Assembly: GCA_031552815.1 (NCBI GenBank)
Contig: JAVBMG010000005.1
Coordinates: 130,030 to 194,029, forward strand
Direction: 5' to 3'
Origin: Opitutales bacterium
GTDB taxonomy: Bacteria; Verrucomicrobiota; Verrucomicrobiia; Opitutales; JAVBMG01
Length of the DNA stretch: 64,000 nucleotides
The notes beneath the pieces are model-generated. The model was not told the DNA's origin, ran no database searches, and was given only the letters and a program-made list of their open reading frames with translations. The translations under genes were made by a program, and so were the position numbers. Every line of letters starts with the position of its first letter. Positions within the stretch are counted from its first letter, which is position 1. Shown here piece after piece: positions 1 through 10,297 of the stretch.

Positions 1-1541
1 ATAACGGCGCAATGATCGACATTAAGGGGAAAAACTTCAAATATGCCGTGGATGTCCGTGTGTTCAACAACGGGGTGGCTTTCCGCTATGTGGTGGAAAA
101 CAAAGGGAAAAGCGTAACCGAGGCGGATAATACGGCTTTTGTGCTCCCGATGGACGCGGTAGCTTACTGGCAAGGCGACATCAATAATTATGAAGGCGGC
201 GGACGGAAGACAAAGGTCGGGGATTTCAACCCGGGACAGACCATCGGACCGCCTTTGACGATCAAGCTGGCGGATGGCGGTTATGCGTCAATCACCGAGG
301 GGGGATTGACCAGTTTTGCCGGTATCTCGCTTGTGAGCGAAGGCAACGGCAGCTTCAAGGCGAAGCTGAACGGGACAGCCACGGTGGAAGGTGACGTGAT
401 TACTCCGTGGCGTGTCATCATGATAGGCAATGACCTGAACAGCCTGGTTAACAACGATATTGTCCACAATGTGTCGCCAAGCTATGACAAGAAGCTTTTT
501 CCGCAGGGATTTGACACGCCCTGGATAAAACCGGGACGCTGTGTCTGGTCCTGGCTTGCCGGAAACGGTCCGGTTTCGTTTGAAAACATGAAAAAGTTCA
601 CGGACTATGCTTCCGAGCTGGGATTTGAATACAATCTGGTGGACGAAGGCTGGGAAAAATGGACCGATGGCGGCAAGGACAAATGGGAGCTGATCAGGGA
701 GCTTGTCGAGTATTCAAACAAGAAAAACGTCAAGATCTGGATCTGGAAAGCCTATGACCGGGCTGACCTCATTGACCTGAAGCGCAAGGAAGACAAACGT
801 GAATTCCTTAAAAAGTGCAAGGAGGCCGGGGTCGTCGGTGTAAAGCTGGACTTTTTTGACCATGAAAACCAGACCGTTATCAAATACTGTCAGGATGCAT
901 TGAAAGATGCTGCCGAACTCGGGCTCATGGTTGATTTTCACGGTATGCCGAAACCTACCGGGGAAACCCGTACCTGGCCGAATGAAATGACACGCGAAGG
1001 GGTTCGCGGGCTGGAAAACAGCAATGATTGGCCGTTCCAGGACACCTGGGCTCCGTTTACCCGTTATCTGGCAGGTCATGCCGATTACACGCCGATGAGC
1101 CTGACGAATATTGCCCAGAAGGAAACCACCTGGCCGCACCAGATCGCATCCGCAGCCATCTTCACGTCTCCTTTCCTGTGCTATGGCGCCAATCCGGAGG
1201 CTATCCTGAAGAACCCGGCAAGAAACATGATCGAAAGCATTCCGGCTGTCTGGGATGAAACGGTTGTATTGCCGCAGAGTGAAATCGGCGAAGTCGCCGC
1301 TTTTGCCCGCCGTTACGGTAATACCTGGTTTGTTGCCATCATGAACGGTCATGAAGCCCGCGAGTTAAAGGTAAACCTGACATTTCTCGATAAAGGCAAG
1401 TACAATGCATCCATGGTTGCGGACAACCTTGAGAAAAACCAGGACGTTATCCTTCAGGATGCGGTGGTGGATAACAAGAAAGAACTTGTGATCAAGATGA
1501 GCAAGGGAGGCGGTTTCATCGCCCGTTTCTCCAAGAAATAG
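1..1541 (+). CDS. Glycoside hydrolase family 97-like protein (alpha-glucosidase/alpha-galactosidase type); 5' end lies outside the window
   Basis: The frame is open from the window edge to the stop at 1539-1541. Motifs LVDEGWEKW, GVKLDFFDHENQ and HGMPKPTGETRTWPNEMTREGVRGLE resemble the GH97 catalytic domain as I recall it. A hairpin terminator follows. Confidence 0.7.
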   Translation, partial: NGAMIDIKGKNFKYAVDVRVFNNGVAFRYVVENKGKSVTEADNTAFVLPMDAVAYWQGDINNYEGGGRKTKVGDFNPGQTIGPPLTIKLADGGYASITEGGLTSFAGISLVSEGNGSFKAKLNGTATVEGDVITPWRVIMIGNDLNSLVNNDIVHNVSPSYDKKLFPQGFDTPWIKPGRCVWSWLAGNGPVSFENMKKFTDYASELGFEYNLVDEGWEKWTDGGKDKWELIRELVEYSNKKNVKIWIWKAYDRADLIDLKRKEDKREFLKKCKEAGVVGVKLDFFDHENQTVIKYCQDALKDAAELGLMVDFHGMPKPTGETRTWPNEMTREGVRGLENSNDWPFQDTWAPFTRYLAGHADYTPMSLTNIAQKETTWPHQIASAAIFTSPFLCYGANPEAILKNPARNMIESIPAVWDETVVLPQSEIGEVAAFARRYGNTWFVAIMNGHEARELKVNLTFLDKGKYNASMVADNLEKNQDVILQDAVVDNKKELVIKMSKGGGFIARFSKK

Positions 1542-1562
1542 AGAAAATAAAGCGATTTCAAG

Positions 1563-1593
1563 GGTCGGTAGCGGATGCTACCGGCCTTTTTTT
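1563..1593 (+). terminator. Rho-independent terminator after the GH97-like gene
   Basis: Stem cggtagc (1566-1572) / gctaccg (1577-1583), loop ggat, then a T-run at 1587-1593. The arms are the recurrent GGTAGC/ATGCTACCG motif. Confidence 0.8.
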
Positions 1594-1700
1594 ATTCTGT
1601 TGCGACGCTGTTTCAGTAATGGCGGGCGACTTTCTCGGCTTGATTTCAGGCTTTTCGGATGTTTTAATCGTCCCCTTTCATTCAAGCATTTTCTCAAAAT

Positions 1701-2240
1701 ATGACAAAAGCCCTGACAGAGACGGAAGTAAAAAATCGAATTGAAAGCGGCGTGGTTTGTTCCCGGTTGGATGCGGTGGTCAATTGGGTGCGTGAGTGTT
1801 CCATGTGGCCGATGCCCATGGGATTGGCCTGTTGCGCCATCGAGCTGATGCACGTAGGGGGGTCGCGTTTTGACATTTCCCGTTTCGGAATGGAGGTGAT
1901 GCGTTTTTCCCCGCGCCAGTCCGATTGTCTGTTGGTCGCCGGGACGGTTACTTACAAGATGGCGGAGTCCGTGCGCCGTATTTATGACCAGATGGTGGAA
2001 CCCAAATGGGTGATTGCGATGGGCGCCTGCGCGTCCACGGGGGGTATGTACCGCAGTTATTCGACCTTGCAGGGCCTGGACAGGATTATCCCGGTGGATG
2101 TCTATATCAGCGGTTGTCCGCCGAGACCCGAGGCATTGCTCGACGGGTTGATGTCTTTGCAGAAAAAGATAGCCGGGGAGCGTTCGTTCAAGGGTATCCT
2201 TGACCGTGATTATGCTACCGGGAAACAGGAAACGGCATAA
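1701..2240 (+). CDS. nuoB: NADH-quinone oxidoreductase subunit B
   Basis: Cys motifs for cluster N2: [33 protein letters not shown]. It is the first gene of the operon. Confidence 0.95.
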   Translation: MTKALTETEVKNRIESGVVCSRLDAVVNWVRECSMWPMPMGLACCAIELMHVGGSRFDISRFGMEVMRFSPRQSDCLLVAGTVTYKMAESVRRIYDQMVEPKWVIAMGACASTGGMYRSYSTLQGLDRIIPVDVYISGCPPRPEALLDGLMSLQKKIAGERSFKGILDRDYATGKQETA

Positions 2241-2252
2241 ATTTGATGTCCC

Positions 2253-2882
2253 ATGATACCGTCTTTACTTTCCAAATATAATTTCCTGAAGGAACGGCCA
2301 AGCCTGGATTATCCGGCTTTTGATGTTCCGGTGAAGCATTTGCTCGAGCTGTGCGGATCGCTTAAGAATGAGTTCGGGTTTTCGCTTCTGTGCAATGTGA
2401 CCGCCATTGACTGGGATGTGAATACCAGTCCCCGTTTTACGGTTATTATCCATCTGTATTCGATCGAATACCGTACCTTTATCCGCCTCGCGGTAGCGTG
2501 TGAGTCCGACGAGTCGCCGGAACTGCCTTCCGTGACCAGGATATGGCCTGCGGCCGATTGGCATGAGCGCGAAACCTACGACTTGTTCGGTATCAGGTTT
2601 ACCGGGCATCCCGATTTGCGCCGTATCCTGATGTGGGATGGTTATCCGCATTATCCGTTACGCAAGGATTTTCCGTTGGCCGGAAAAGATGCCGAGTTCC
2701 CGTCCGAGGATATGCGTCAGCGCTTCAAGGAAGTGTGCACCGAGTATAACGCAAAGGTACGCCCGGTCCCGATGGCGGGCGGTCCGTTCACGGCTGCCCA
2801 GGCTTCCACGGCAGGCGACAGGGAGCCGCATTCGAGAGACCAGAGCTGGAGCGACAGGAAAATCAAACCAACAGAGGAATAA
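2253..2882 (+). CDS. nuoC: NADH-quinone oxidoreductase subunit C, with a roughly 60-aa C-terminal extension
   Basis: The ERETYDLFGIRFTGHPDLRRILM motif is typical of the NuoC/30 kDa subunit, and the gene sits between nuoB and nuoD. Confidence 0.9.
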   Translation: MIPSLLSKYNFLKERPSLDYPAFDVPVKHLLELCGSLKNEFGFSLLCNVTAIDWDVNTSPRFTVIIHLYSIEYRTFIRLAVACESDESPELPSVTRIWPAADWHERETYDLFGIRFTGHPDLRRILMWDGYPHYPLRKDFPLAGKDAEFPSEDMRQRFKEVCTEYNAKVRPVPMAGGPFTAAQASTAGDREPHSRDQSWSDRKIKPTEE

Positions 2883-2884
2883 AC

Positions 2885-4114
2885 GTGAAAAGCACCAGAG
2901 AAATTTCTATCGGCGATATTGCCGCCCGTTCCGAAGACGGTGAACTTGGCGAGAAGATGACCCTGAACATGGGGCCCTCGCATCCGGCTACTCACGGGGT
3001 TTTGCGTCTTGTCCTGGAATTGGACGGGGATGTTGTCACAAAATGTGACCCGGTTATCGGTTATCTGCACCGCGGTTCGGAAAAAATTTCCGAGAACATG
3101 ACGTACAACCAGTTTGTTCCCTACACGGACCGTCTGGATTACCTTGCTCCCCTGGCGAACAATGTGGCCTATGCCATTGCGGTCGAAAAACTGGCGAGCC
3201 TGAAAATCCCGGCCCGTTGCCAGGCGATCCGCGTGATTGTCGCCGAGTTGGCGCGCATTTCGTCGCACCTGCTCGGCCTGGGGGTTTACGGGATGGACAC
3301 GGGAGCATGGACGATTTTCATGTACTGCGCGAATCACCGTGAAAAACTGTACACGCTTTTTGAGCAGGTTGCGGGAGGGCGTCTGACCACCAGTTTTACC
3401 CGTATCGGCGGTTTGGCCAGGGATTTGCCTGACGGTTGGACGGATAGCGTCCTGCGTGTCATGGAAGACACGATTGCCACCGTGAACGAGGTGGATGCGC
3501 TTCTGACCCGCAACAGGATTTTCTGGGACAGAACGGAGAACATTGCGACCATTTCCAAGGAAGTGGCGCAGGCGCACGGTTTAAGCGGAGCCAACCTGCG
3601 TGCTGCGGGAGTGGATTTTGACCTGCGCCGCGACCAGCCTTACAGCGGGTACGAACAGTATGATTTTGATGTTCCCGTCGGAACAAAAGGCGATTGCTAC
3701 GACCGTTTCATCGTCCGCATGGAAGAAGTGCGCCAGAGCGTAAGCATTGTCCGCCAGGCCATCAGGGAGCTTCCCGACGGGCCGTATTACTGCGAGGAAG
3801 CCAGGAAAATCTTTGCCCCGCCGAAAAGCAAGGTGCTGACGCGCATGGAAGAATTGATCCAGAACTTCATGATTGTGACCGAAGGCCCGCAAATGCCGGC
3901 CGGGGAGGTGTATTTTGAGGCGGAAAACCCCAAAGGCGCGCTTGGATTCTTTATTTGTTCCAAAGGCGGGGGTGTTCCTTACCGCCTGAAAATCCGCGGA
4001 CCGAGTTTCTGTTCGCTGAGCATCCTGCCGAAAATCGTTCCCGGTCATTTTATAACCGACATCCCTGCAATCCTGGGTAGCTTGGATTTCGTCATGGGTG
4101 AAGCCGATCGTTAA
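2885..4114 (+). CDS. nuoD: NADH-quinone oxidoreductase subunit D
   Basis: GTG start. MNMGPSHPATHGVLRL and the C-terminal YRLKIRGPSF...LDFVMGEADR are characteristic of the NuoD/49 kDa subunit. Confidence 0.95.
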   Translation: MKSTREISIGDIAARSEDGELGEKMTLNMGPSHPATHGVLRLVLELDGDVVTKCDPVIGYLHRGSEKISENMTYNQFVPYTDRLDYLAPLANNVAYAIAVEKLASLKIPARCQAIRVIVAELARISSHLLGLGVYGMDTGAWTIFMYCANHREKLYTLFEQVAGGRLTTSFTRIGGLARDLPDGWTDSVLRVMEDTIATVNEVDALLTRNRIFWDRTENIATISKEVAQAHGLSGANLRAAGVDFDLRRDQPYSGYEQYDFDVPVGTKGDCYDRFIVRMEEVRQSVSIVRQAIRELPDGPYYCEEARKIFAPPKSKVLTRMEELIQNFMIVTEGPQMPAGEVYFEAENPKGALGFFICSKGGGVPYRLKIRGPSFCSLSILPKIVPGHFITDIPAILGSLDFVMGEADR

Positions 4115-4126
4115 TATTTTAAAACC

Positions 4127-4648
4127 ATGAATCTTTCGCAAAAAACACTCGATGCCATAGACGCCCTGATTCCGCGTTATCCTGAGAAGCGTAGCGCGAG
4201 CCTGGCCATCCTGCATCTGATACAGGAAGAATGCGGTTATGTCTCGCGCAGCCAGATGGAGTGGGTTGCCGATAAACTGGGCATGGAAGCCATTAACATC
4301 CTTGGCCTGGTGACCTTTTATCCGATGCTTCGCGAGGAACCGGCCGGAAAAATCCAGATCAAGGTGTGCCGTACGCTACCGTGTGCGTTGCGCGGCAGCA
4401 TCAAGACGGCCGAGCGCCTGCAGGAACTGATCGGCTGCAAGCTGAATGCGGTGAGCGAGGACGGCGTGTTTTCCCTGGAGTTTGTCGAATGCCAGGCCAA
4501 TTGCGGACGCGCTCCCGTTGTTGTGGTTGACCAAACCATGTACGAGGGCATCACCCCTGATGCTACCGTCGAACAATTTGCCGAGCAGATCAAGGCCCAG
4601 GCAAAGGGCGGCACGGTTGAAAACCCTATTCCCGGAACTCCTGCGTAA
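4127..4648 (+). CDS. nuoE: NADH-quinone oxidoreductase subunit E (2Fe-2S)
   Basis: Cys pattern CRTLPCALRG...CQANCGRAP and the position in the operon. Confidence 0.9.
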   Translation: MNLSQKTLDAIDALIPRYPEKRSASLAILHLIQEECGYVSRSQMEWVADKLGMEAINILGLVTFYPMLREEPAGKIQIKVCRTLPCALRGSIKTAERLQELIGCKLNAVSEDGVFSLEFVECQANCGRAPVVVVDQTMYEGITPDATVEQFAEQIKAQAKGGTVENPIPGTPA

Positions 4649-4663
4649 CCTACCTACGATACT

Positions 4664-6004
4664 ATGGCAAAGGAACTCAGACTTATTTTCAAGCATATCG
4701 ATGCCGAGGGCTATACGAATGACATCGATTGTTATATGCGTAACGGCGGCTATTCGATTTTAACGAAGGCATTCGGCATGAAACCGGAAACGATTTGCCA
4801 GGAGGTGTTTGATTCCGGAGTGCGCGGCCGCGGCGGGGCAGGATTTTCCGCAGGATTGAAATGGAGATTTCTTGACCGGAAGTCAGGTAAACCGATTTAT
4901 CTGGTTGCCAACGCCGACGAATCGGAACCGGGCACATTCAAGGACCGCCAGATCATTTATAAAGACCCGCATCAGTTTATCGAGGGCCTGATGATTTCCG
5001 CTTACGGGATTCAGGCCAGGCAGGTGTTCGTTTATATTCGCGGCGAGATGTATGAGGGCGCACGCATCCTGAAACGGGCGATTGAGGAAGCCCGCGCGAA
5101 GCATTTTGTCGGTAACAACGTTTTGGGCAGTGATTATTCCTGTGATATCGTTGTCCACCGCGGTGCCGGAGCCTATATTTGCGGTGAGGAAACCGGATTG
5201 CTTCAGTCATTGGAAGGCAAGCGTCCGTATCCGCGCATTAAGCCGCCGTATTTTCCGGCAGTCCTTGGCCTGTACCAATGCCCGACCATCGTGAACAACG
5301 TGGAAACCATTTGTCACGTCAAGCATGTGATCGACATGGGCGGAAAAGAATACGCGAAGATCGGTACGGCAAATAATACCGGCACCCGTATCTGGGGGAT
5401 CTCCGGTCATGTGATGAAGCCGGGCTATTATGAATTTGCCTGCGGCGGCGTGACCTTGGGACAGTTGATTTATGATGTCTGCGGCGGTTTGCGCCCGGGC
5501 AGAAAGCTGAAGGCTGTCATCCCCGGCGGTTCTTCCTCGAAGGTCTTGAAAGCAGGAGAACGTTTCACGGGAAAGCTGCGCGACGGGACCGCGTTTGACT
5601 GGGGCCTGGAAGATATTCCGATGGATTTTGATTCGCTTGCGGCTGTCGGTAGCATGTCCGGTTCCGGCGGTGTCATTGTGATGGATGATTCGACCGACAG
5701 CGTGGAAGCCCTGGCCAACCTGAACGCATTTTACGCGCACGAAAGCTGCGGGCAATGCACGCCGTGCAGGGAAGGATGCCTCTGGATGAAAAAGATCACG
5801 GAACGCATGACACACGGGGAAGCGCATGCCGAGGATACCGCGCTGCTTCTGTCCGTGGCTGACCAGATTTGCGGACGTACGGTTTGCGCGTTTGGCGAGG
5901 CCGCCTCCTGGCCGGTTCAGGCCTTTATCGGAAAATTCCGCGAGGAGTTTGAAAACAAGGCAACGGGAGGGATCAATCCCAGCAAAGAATTTTCTCTGAT
6001 TTAA
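4664..6004 (+). CDS. nuoF: NADH-quinone oxidoreductase subunit F (FMN/NADH-binding, 4Fe-4S)
   Basis: GRGGAGFSAGLKW and ESCGQCTPCREG motifs. Confidence 0.95.
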   Translation: MAKELRLIFKHIDAEGYTNDIDCYMRNGGYSILTKAFGMKPETICQEVFDSGVRGRGGAGFSAGLKWRFLDRKSGKPIYLVANADESEPGTFKDRQIIYKDPHQFIEGLMISAYGIQARQVFVYIRGEMYEGARILKRAIEEARAKHFVGNNVLGSDYSCDIVVHRGAGAYICGEETGLLQSLEGKRPYPRIKPPYFPAVLGLYQCPTIVNNVETICHVKHVIDMGGKEYAKIGTANNTGTRIWGISGHVMKPGYYEFACGGVTLGQLIYDVCGGLRPGRKLKAVIPGGSSSKVLKAGERFTGKLRDGTAFDWGLEDIPMDFDSLAAVGSMSGSGGVIVMDDSTDSVEALANLNAFYAHESCGQCTPCREGCLWMKKITERMTHGEAHAEDTALLLSVADQICGRTVCAFGEAASWPVQAFIGKFREEFENKATGGINPSKEFSLI

Positions 6005-6028
6005 AATTAACCGCAGAAGCGCAAAGAA

Positions 6029-7699
6029 ATGAGCGATACAAACCTAATAACGATCAATATTGATGGTGCCGAAGCCAAGGTTCCGGCAGGCATCAACGCT
6101 ATTGAAGCGGCAAAGCGGTACGGGAAGGAAGTTCCACATTATTGTTATCATCCGCACCTCAAGGTCGCGGGAAGCTGCCGCATGTGCTTTATCGAGATGG
6201 GGACCCCTGCAAAGGATCCCAAGACGGGCGAGATGATGAAGAACGAAGACGGTAGCGCCAAGATCGCCTGGGCCCCGAGGCCTGTCATCGGATGTGCGAC
6301 AAACGTTTCTCCCGGAATGCACATCAGGACGAAGTCGTCCGCGATCGACAACTGCCGTGAAAGCGTGATGGAATTTTTACTGATTAATCACCCGCTTGAC
6401 TGTCCGATTTGCGACAAGGCCGGTGAATGTATGTTGCAGGAGCATGCTTCGGGCTATGGCCGGGGATGCAGCCGTTTTACCGAGAATAAGGTGGTAAAAC
6501 CGAAACGCACCGTGCTCGGTCCGCGCGTGATGCTTGACGACGAGCGTTGCGTATTGTGTTCCCGCTGTATCCGTTTTACCCGTGATGTTGCCGGCGAGGA
6601 TGTTCTCGGTTTTGTAAACCGTGGTTCGTATAATACCCTGACTTGTTATCCGGGACGCGAGCTTAATCACAATTACTCCCTGAATGTAACGGATATCTGT
6701 CCGGTGGGCGCGCTGACCAGCCGTGATTTCCGTTTCAGGATGCGTGTATGGTTCCTCAAGCGTACAAAAAGCATTTGCGCGGAAAGCAGTGTGGGTACAA
6801 ACACGGAGTTATGGAGCCGCGAAGGGGTCATTCACCGCATTACGCCGCGTGAAAACACGGCCGTCAATGATTCGTGGATGACGGACAGCGGGCGCGAATT
6901 ATATAAACAGGTCGATGCGCCCGGCCGTTTAAAAAACTATCTGTTGCGGGGTGCTCATGTTTCCGTAGAGGCTGCGGTAGAGGCAGCTGTTGCCTGCCTG
7001 AAAGCAGGGCATGTGGCGGTTGTCGGCAATGGCGGTGCTACCGTGGAGGAAGCCTACCTGCTCAAGCGTTTGGCTGATGCCACGAAGGCGAAAACTTTTT
7101 ATATGGCGCACCTGGATGAAGCCGACGGATTGCTTTTGTCGGAAGACCGTACGCCGAATGTGCGCGGCGCCTTGCTGGCCGGCCTGATCAAATCCTTGCC
7201 GGAAACATCGGCTGATTCCGTTGTCGGGGCTGTTTATTCGGGCGAGGTGAAAACGCTGGTGGTGTTCAATGAGGATATCGGCTCCAAGCTGGATAAATCC
7301 GCTTTGGACAACATCAATATCATTTACTTCGGTGATCAATGGAATGCTACCGCGGAGATGGCGACCATTGCTTTCCCGACAACGCTTGTCTTTGAAAAAA
7401 GCGGCAGTTTTGTGAATTACCAGTTCCGGCTCCAGCGATTTACGGAGGCCATACCCGCTCCCGCGGGCGTTCTGCATATGAGCGATGTGCTTTCGAGGTT
7501 ACTGGGTGCCTTTGGTCTGTTTGTTGACGGTCATTCCATGGCGGCTGTATGGAAACATCTTGCTGAAGAAATTCCTCAGTTTTCCGGAATTCGTTTCGAA
7601 TCAATCGGGGATCTTGGCGTTCCTGTCGACGGAAGCGCGTTCTCCGGTCTTGATTTTCCGGAAAAATCCAAGGGACTTCACTTTCCCGGAACCAAATGA
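6029..7699 (+). CDS. nuoG: NADH-quinone oxidoreductase subunit G, short form (556 aa)
   Basis: N-terminal 2Fe-2S (CYHPHLKVAGSCRMC) and HPLDCPICDKAGEC, CVLCSRCIRF and CPVGALT cluster motifs. The C-terminal molybdopterin-like region is shorter than in E. coli NuoG. Confidence 0.9.
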   Translation: MSDTNLITINIDGAEAKVPAGINAIEAAKRYGKEVPHYCYHPHLKVAGSCRMCFIEMGTPAKDPKTGEMMKNEDGSAKIAWAPRPVIGCATNVSPGMHIRTKSSAIDNCRESVMEFLLINHPLDCPICDKAGECMLQEHASGYGRGCSRFTENKVVKPKRTVLGPRVMLDDERCVLCSRCIRFTRDVAGEDVLGFVNRGSYNTLTCYPGRELNHNYSLNVTDICPVGALTSRDFRFRMRVWFLKRTKSICAESSVGTNTELWSREGVIHRITPRENTAVNDSWMTDSGRELYKQVDAPGRLKNYLLRGAHVSVEAAVEAAVACLKAGHVAVVGNGGATVEEAYLLKRLADATKAKTFYMAHLDEADGLLLSEDRTPNVRGALLAGLIKSLPETSADSVVGAVYSGEVKTLVVFNEDIGSKLDKSALDNINIIYFGDQWNATAEMATIAFPTTLVFEKSGSFVNYQFRLQRFTEAIPAPAGVLHMSDVLSRLLGAFGLFVDGHSMAAVWKHLAEEIPQFSGIRFESIGDLGVPVDGSAFSGLDFPEKSKGLHFPGTK

Positions 7700-7730
7700 A
7701 CAACACGGTAGGATGAAATGATTTAAGATT

Positions 7731-8846
7731 ATGAATGTTGATTTAATCATAGATATTTTGATCAGAACGGGATTTGCCTTGTTGTTCATCGTGGTTGTCA
7801 TGGTGACGGGTCTGTACTCGGTCCTGGCCGAACGTAAAGTGGCCAGCTGGATACAGCGCCGCGTGGGTCCGAACCGCACAACCTTGCCTGTTATCGGCAG
7901 CATTCCGGTCTTGGGCCGGATGCTTACGCGTCTCGGTTTATTCCAGCCGATTGCCGACGGAATGAAGTTTCTTCTGAAGGAAGAGCCGTTTCCCGGGCAT
8001 GTAAACAAATTTTACTACACGATTGCCCCGGTTCTGGTAATGACGCCAGCCCTGCTGACCTTGTCGGTGATTCCGATGGGTTCCTATATCAATGCGGCCG
8101 GCGAAAAGGTTCCTTTCATCCTTGCCAATGTGGATGTCGGACTCCTGCTTCTTTTTGCGATGGCTTCATTGGGCGCTTATGGGGCTATCATGGCCGGATG
8201 GGCATCAAACAATAAGTATTCGTTGATGGGCGGTGTTCGCGCCTCGGCGCAAATGATCTCGTACGAGCTGGCTTTGAGTCTGTCCGCATTGTCCGTGTTT
8301 GTCTGGGTAAGCACACCGGGATCGGGAGTCAGCGGGTTAAGCCTGGTAAACATCGTTGAGGCGCAGCAGAACTATTGGTTCATCCTTGTGCAGCCCCTTA
8401 CGGCATTTCTGTTTCTGATCTGTCTGTTTGCCGAAACAAACCGTCTCCCGTTTGATATGCCGGAATCCGAAACGGATCTGGTCAGCGGATTCTTTACCGA
8501 ATACGGCTGCTTCAAGTTCGGATTGTTCTTTATCACGGAATACTCGCACATGGTTATTGCCGGACTCTTGTTCTCGCTGGTTTTCCTTGGCGGATGGAAT
8601 TTTCTTCCGGGATTGCCGACTCCCTGGGCGGATTGGGGTATCTGGGGCGGGCTGATCGGCATGTGCTGGTTGTGTGCAAAGGCGCTCTTTCTTGTGTTTT
8701 TCTTTATCTGGGTTCGCTGGACTATTCCGCGTTTCCGCTATGACCAGGTCATGCGCCTTGGCTGGAAAGGTTTGTTGCCTCTTGCTTTGGTCAATTTTGT
8801 GTTCAACATCATCCTTATCGGGGCGATAGACAAATACTTTAAATAA
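7731..8846 (+). CDS. nuoH: NADH-quinone oxidoreductase subunit H
   Basis: Polytopic membrane protein with AERKVASWIQRRVGPNR and AETNRLPFDMPESETDLVSGF motifs typical of NuoH/ND1. Confidence 0.95.
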   Translation: MNVDLIIDILIRTGFALLFIVVVMVTGLYSVLAERKVASWIQRRVGPNRTTLPVIGSIPVLGRMLTRLGLFQPIADGMKFLLKEEPFPGHVNKFYYTIAPVLVMTPALLTLSVIPMGSYINAAGEKVPFILANVDVGLLLLFAMASLGAYGAIMAGWASNNKYSLMGGVRASAQMISYELALSLSALSVFVWVSTPGSGVSGLSLVNIVEAQQNYWFILVQPLTAFLFLICLFAETNRLPFDMPESETDLVSGFFTEYGCFKFGLFFITEYSHMVIAGLLFSLVFLGGWNFLPGLPTPWADWGIWGGLIGMCWLCAKALFLVFFFIWVRWTIPRFRYDQVMRLGWKGLLPLALVNFVFNIILIGAIDKYFK

Positions 8847-8854
8847 AGCATCTT

Positions 8855-9400
8855 ATGGCAGGAAAAACAAAAGTGATGAAGCGTAGGCCGCTCAATTGGG
8901 CGGAAAGGACTTACATCCCTCAAATCCTGAGCGGGTTAAAGATTACTCTGGTCAATCTTTTCAGTAAGCCGATTACGCTGGAGTATCCCGAGGAACGTCC
9001 TGTTCTCCCTGAAAAATACCGCGGAGCTCCGACTCTGGTCAAGGATCAGTTCGGGCGCGAAAAGTGCGTGTCATGTCAGTTGTGCGAGTTTGTGTGTCCG
9101 CCGAAAGCCATCCGGATCACTCCCGGTGATATTGACGTGACGGATCCGAATGCCCACGTGGAAAAACGTCCGAAGGAGTTTGAGATCAACATGCTGCGTT
9201 GCATTTATTGCGGATTGTGCGAGGAGGTTTGCCCGGAGGAAGCTATTGTTTTGCAGAATGTATTTACGATCAACGGGTATGACCGTGAAACGTGCGTCAA
9301 CAGAAAAGCCAAGCTTTACGAGATGGGCGGTATCTTGCCCGACAAACATTTGAAATGGGATCATAAGCGCGATGCCGCCGCCCATGGCAATGAACATTGA
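8855..9400 (+). CDS. nuoI: NADH-quinone oxidoreductase subunit I (2x 4Fe-4S ferredoxin)
   Basis: CVSCQLCEFVCP and CIYCGLCEEVCP motifs. Confidence 0.95.
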   Translation: MAGKTKVMKRRPLNWAERTYIPQILSGLKITLVNLFSKPITLEYPEERPVLPEKYRGAPTLVKDQFGREKCVSCQLCEFVCPPKAIRITPGDIDVTDPNAHVEKRPKEFEINMLRCIYCGLCEEVCPEEAIVLQNVFTINGYDRETCVNRKAKLYEMGGILPDKHLKWDHKRDAAAHGNEH

Positions 9401-9438
9401 TACAACGGAAACCAACACCTTTGATTCAATAAAATTTT

Positions 9439-9993
9439 ATGACAGAGTTCTTTTTCTTTTTGTTTGCAACCATGGTTATCGGTGGAGCCGCTAGCATGGT
9501 TTTGCAACGCAACTCACTGAACAGCGCGATGAGCATGATCGTGTCGCTGCTCGGCGTTGCCGGGATCTTTCTGCTGCTGGAGGCATACCTGCTTTCTGTC
9601 TTGCAGATTGTTGTCTATGCAGGGGCCGTGATGGTTCTGATCCTGTTCATCGTCATGCTGATGGACGTCGACTCGCAGGCGAAAAAAGCAGTCAGGATGT
9701 GCCGCGTGCTTGCCGGCCTGTTTTTCTTTGCCCTCCTGGTTGCCGCCGGTGCTTACGTGTTAAAGACATGCGGATACCTGAATCTGACCGAAGGTAAAAT
9801 GGCAACGGTGTCCGAGGGCTCGGCAGTGGAATACAGCACGGGACTGAAAGAATACGGGTATCTGTTGTTTTCCAAATACATGCTGGTTTTCCAGACGGTA
9901 GCATTCCTGCTTTTTGCTGCAATGGTCGGAGTGATTGTTATCAGCAAGAAGTACGTGGCCGAAGAGGACGCAAACAAGGAGGAAATAAAATGA
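9439..9993 (+). CDS. nuoJ: NADH-quinone oxidoreductase subunit J
   Basis: Hydrophobic ND6-like protein at the expected operon position. Its stop overlaps the nuoK start (ATGA). Confidence 0.85.
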   Translation: MTEFFFFLFATMVIGGAASMVLQRNSLNSAMSMIVSLLGVAGIFLLLEAYLLSVLQIVVYAGAVMVLILFIVMLMDVDSQAKKAVRMCRVLAGLFFFALLVAAGAYVLKTCGYLNLTEGKMATVSEGSAVEYSTGLKEYGYLLFSKYMLVFQTVAFLLFAAMVGVIVISKKYVAEEDANKEEIK

Positions 9994-10295
9994 CAATCAC
10001 TTTGAATGCTTATCTGGTTATAGCCTTTTTGCTTTTTGCAATCGGGTTTCTCGGCGTGTTGATCCGTAGGAATACACTTGTGATGCTGATGTCGCTGGAG
10101 CTTATGCTTACAGCTTCCAATGTTGCCCTGGTTGCTTTCTCGCGATTCAATAATAGCATGGACGGCGCCGTTTTTGTTTTCTTTATCATTACCGTTGCCG
10201 CGGCGGAAGTTGCGGTCGGTTTAGCCATTATCGTGACCTTGTTCCGCAGACGCGGGACAATAGCGATTGATGAATTTAACGGACTGAGGGATTAG
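9990..10295 (+). CDS. nuoK: NADH-quinone oxidoreductase subunit K
   Basis: 101-aa three-helix protein with the [10 protein letters not shown]...[11 protein letters not shown] pattern of NuoK/ND4L. Confidence 0.9.
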   Translation: MTITLNAYLVIAFLLFAIGFLGVLIRRNTLVMLMSLELMLTASNVALVAFSRFNNSMDGAVFVFFIITVAAAEVAVGLAIIVTLFRRRGTIAIDEFNGLRD

Positions 10296-10297
10296 TC

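Noticed and set aside
714-5827. Several 200-290-aa minus-strand ORFs (714..1352, 2717..3577, 3581..4216, 5207..5827) within the GH97-like gene and nuoC through nuoF
   Set aside because: Each is antisense to a strongly conserved gene. They are Arg/Gly/His-rich sequences typical of non-coding frames.
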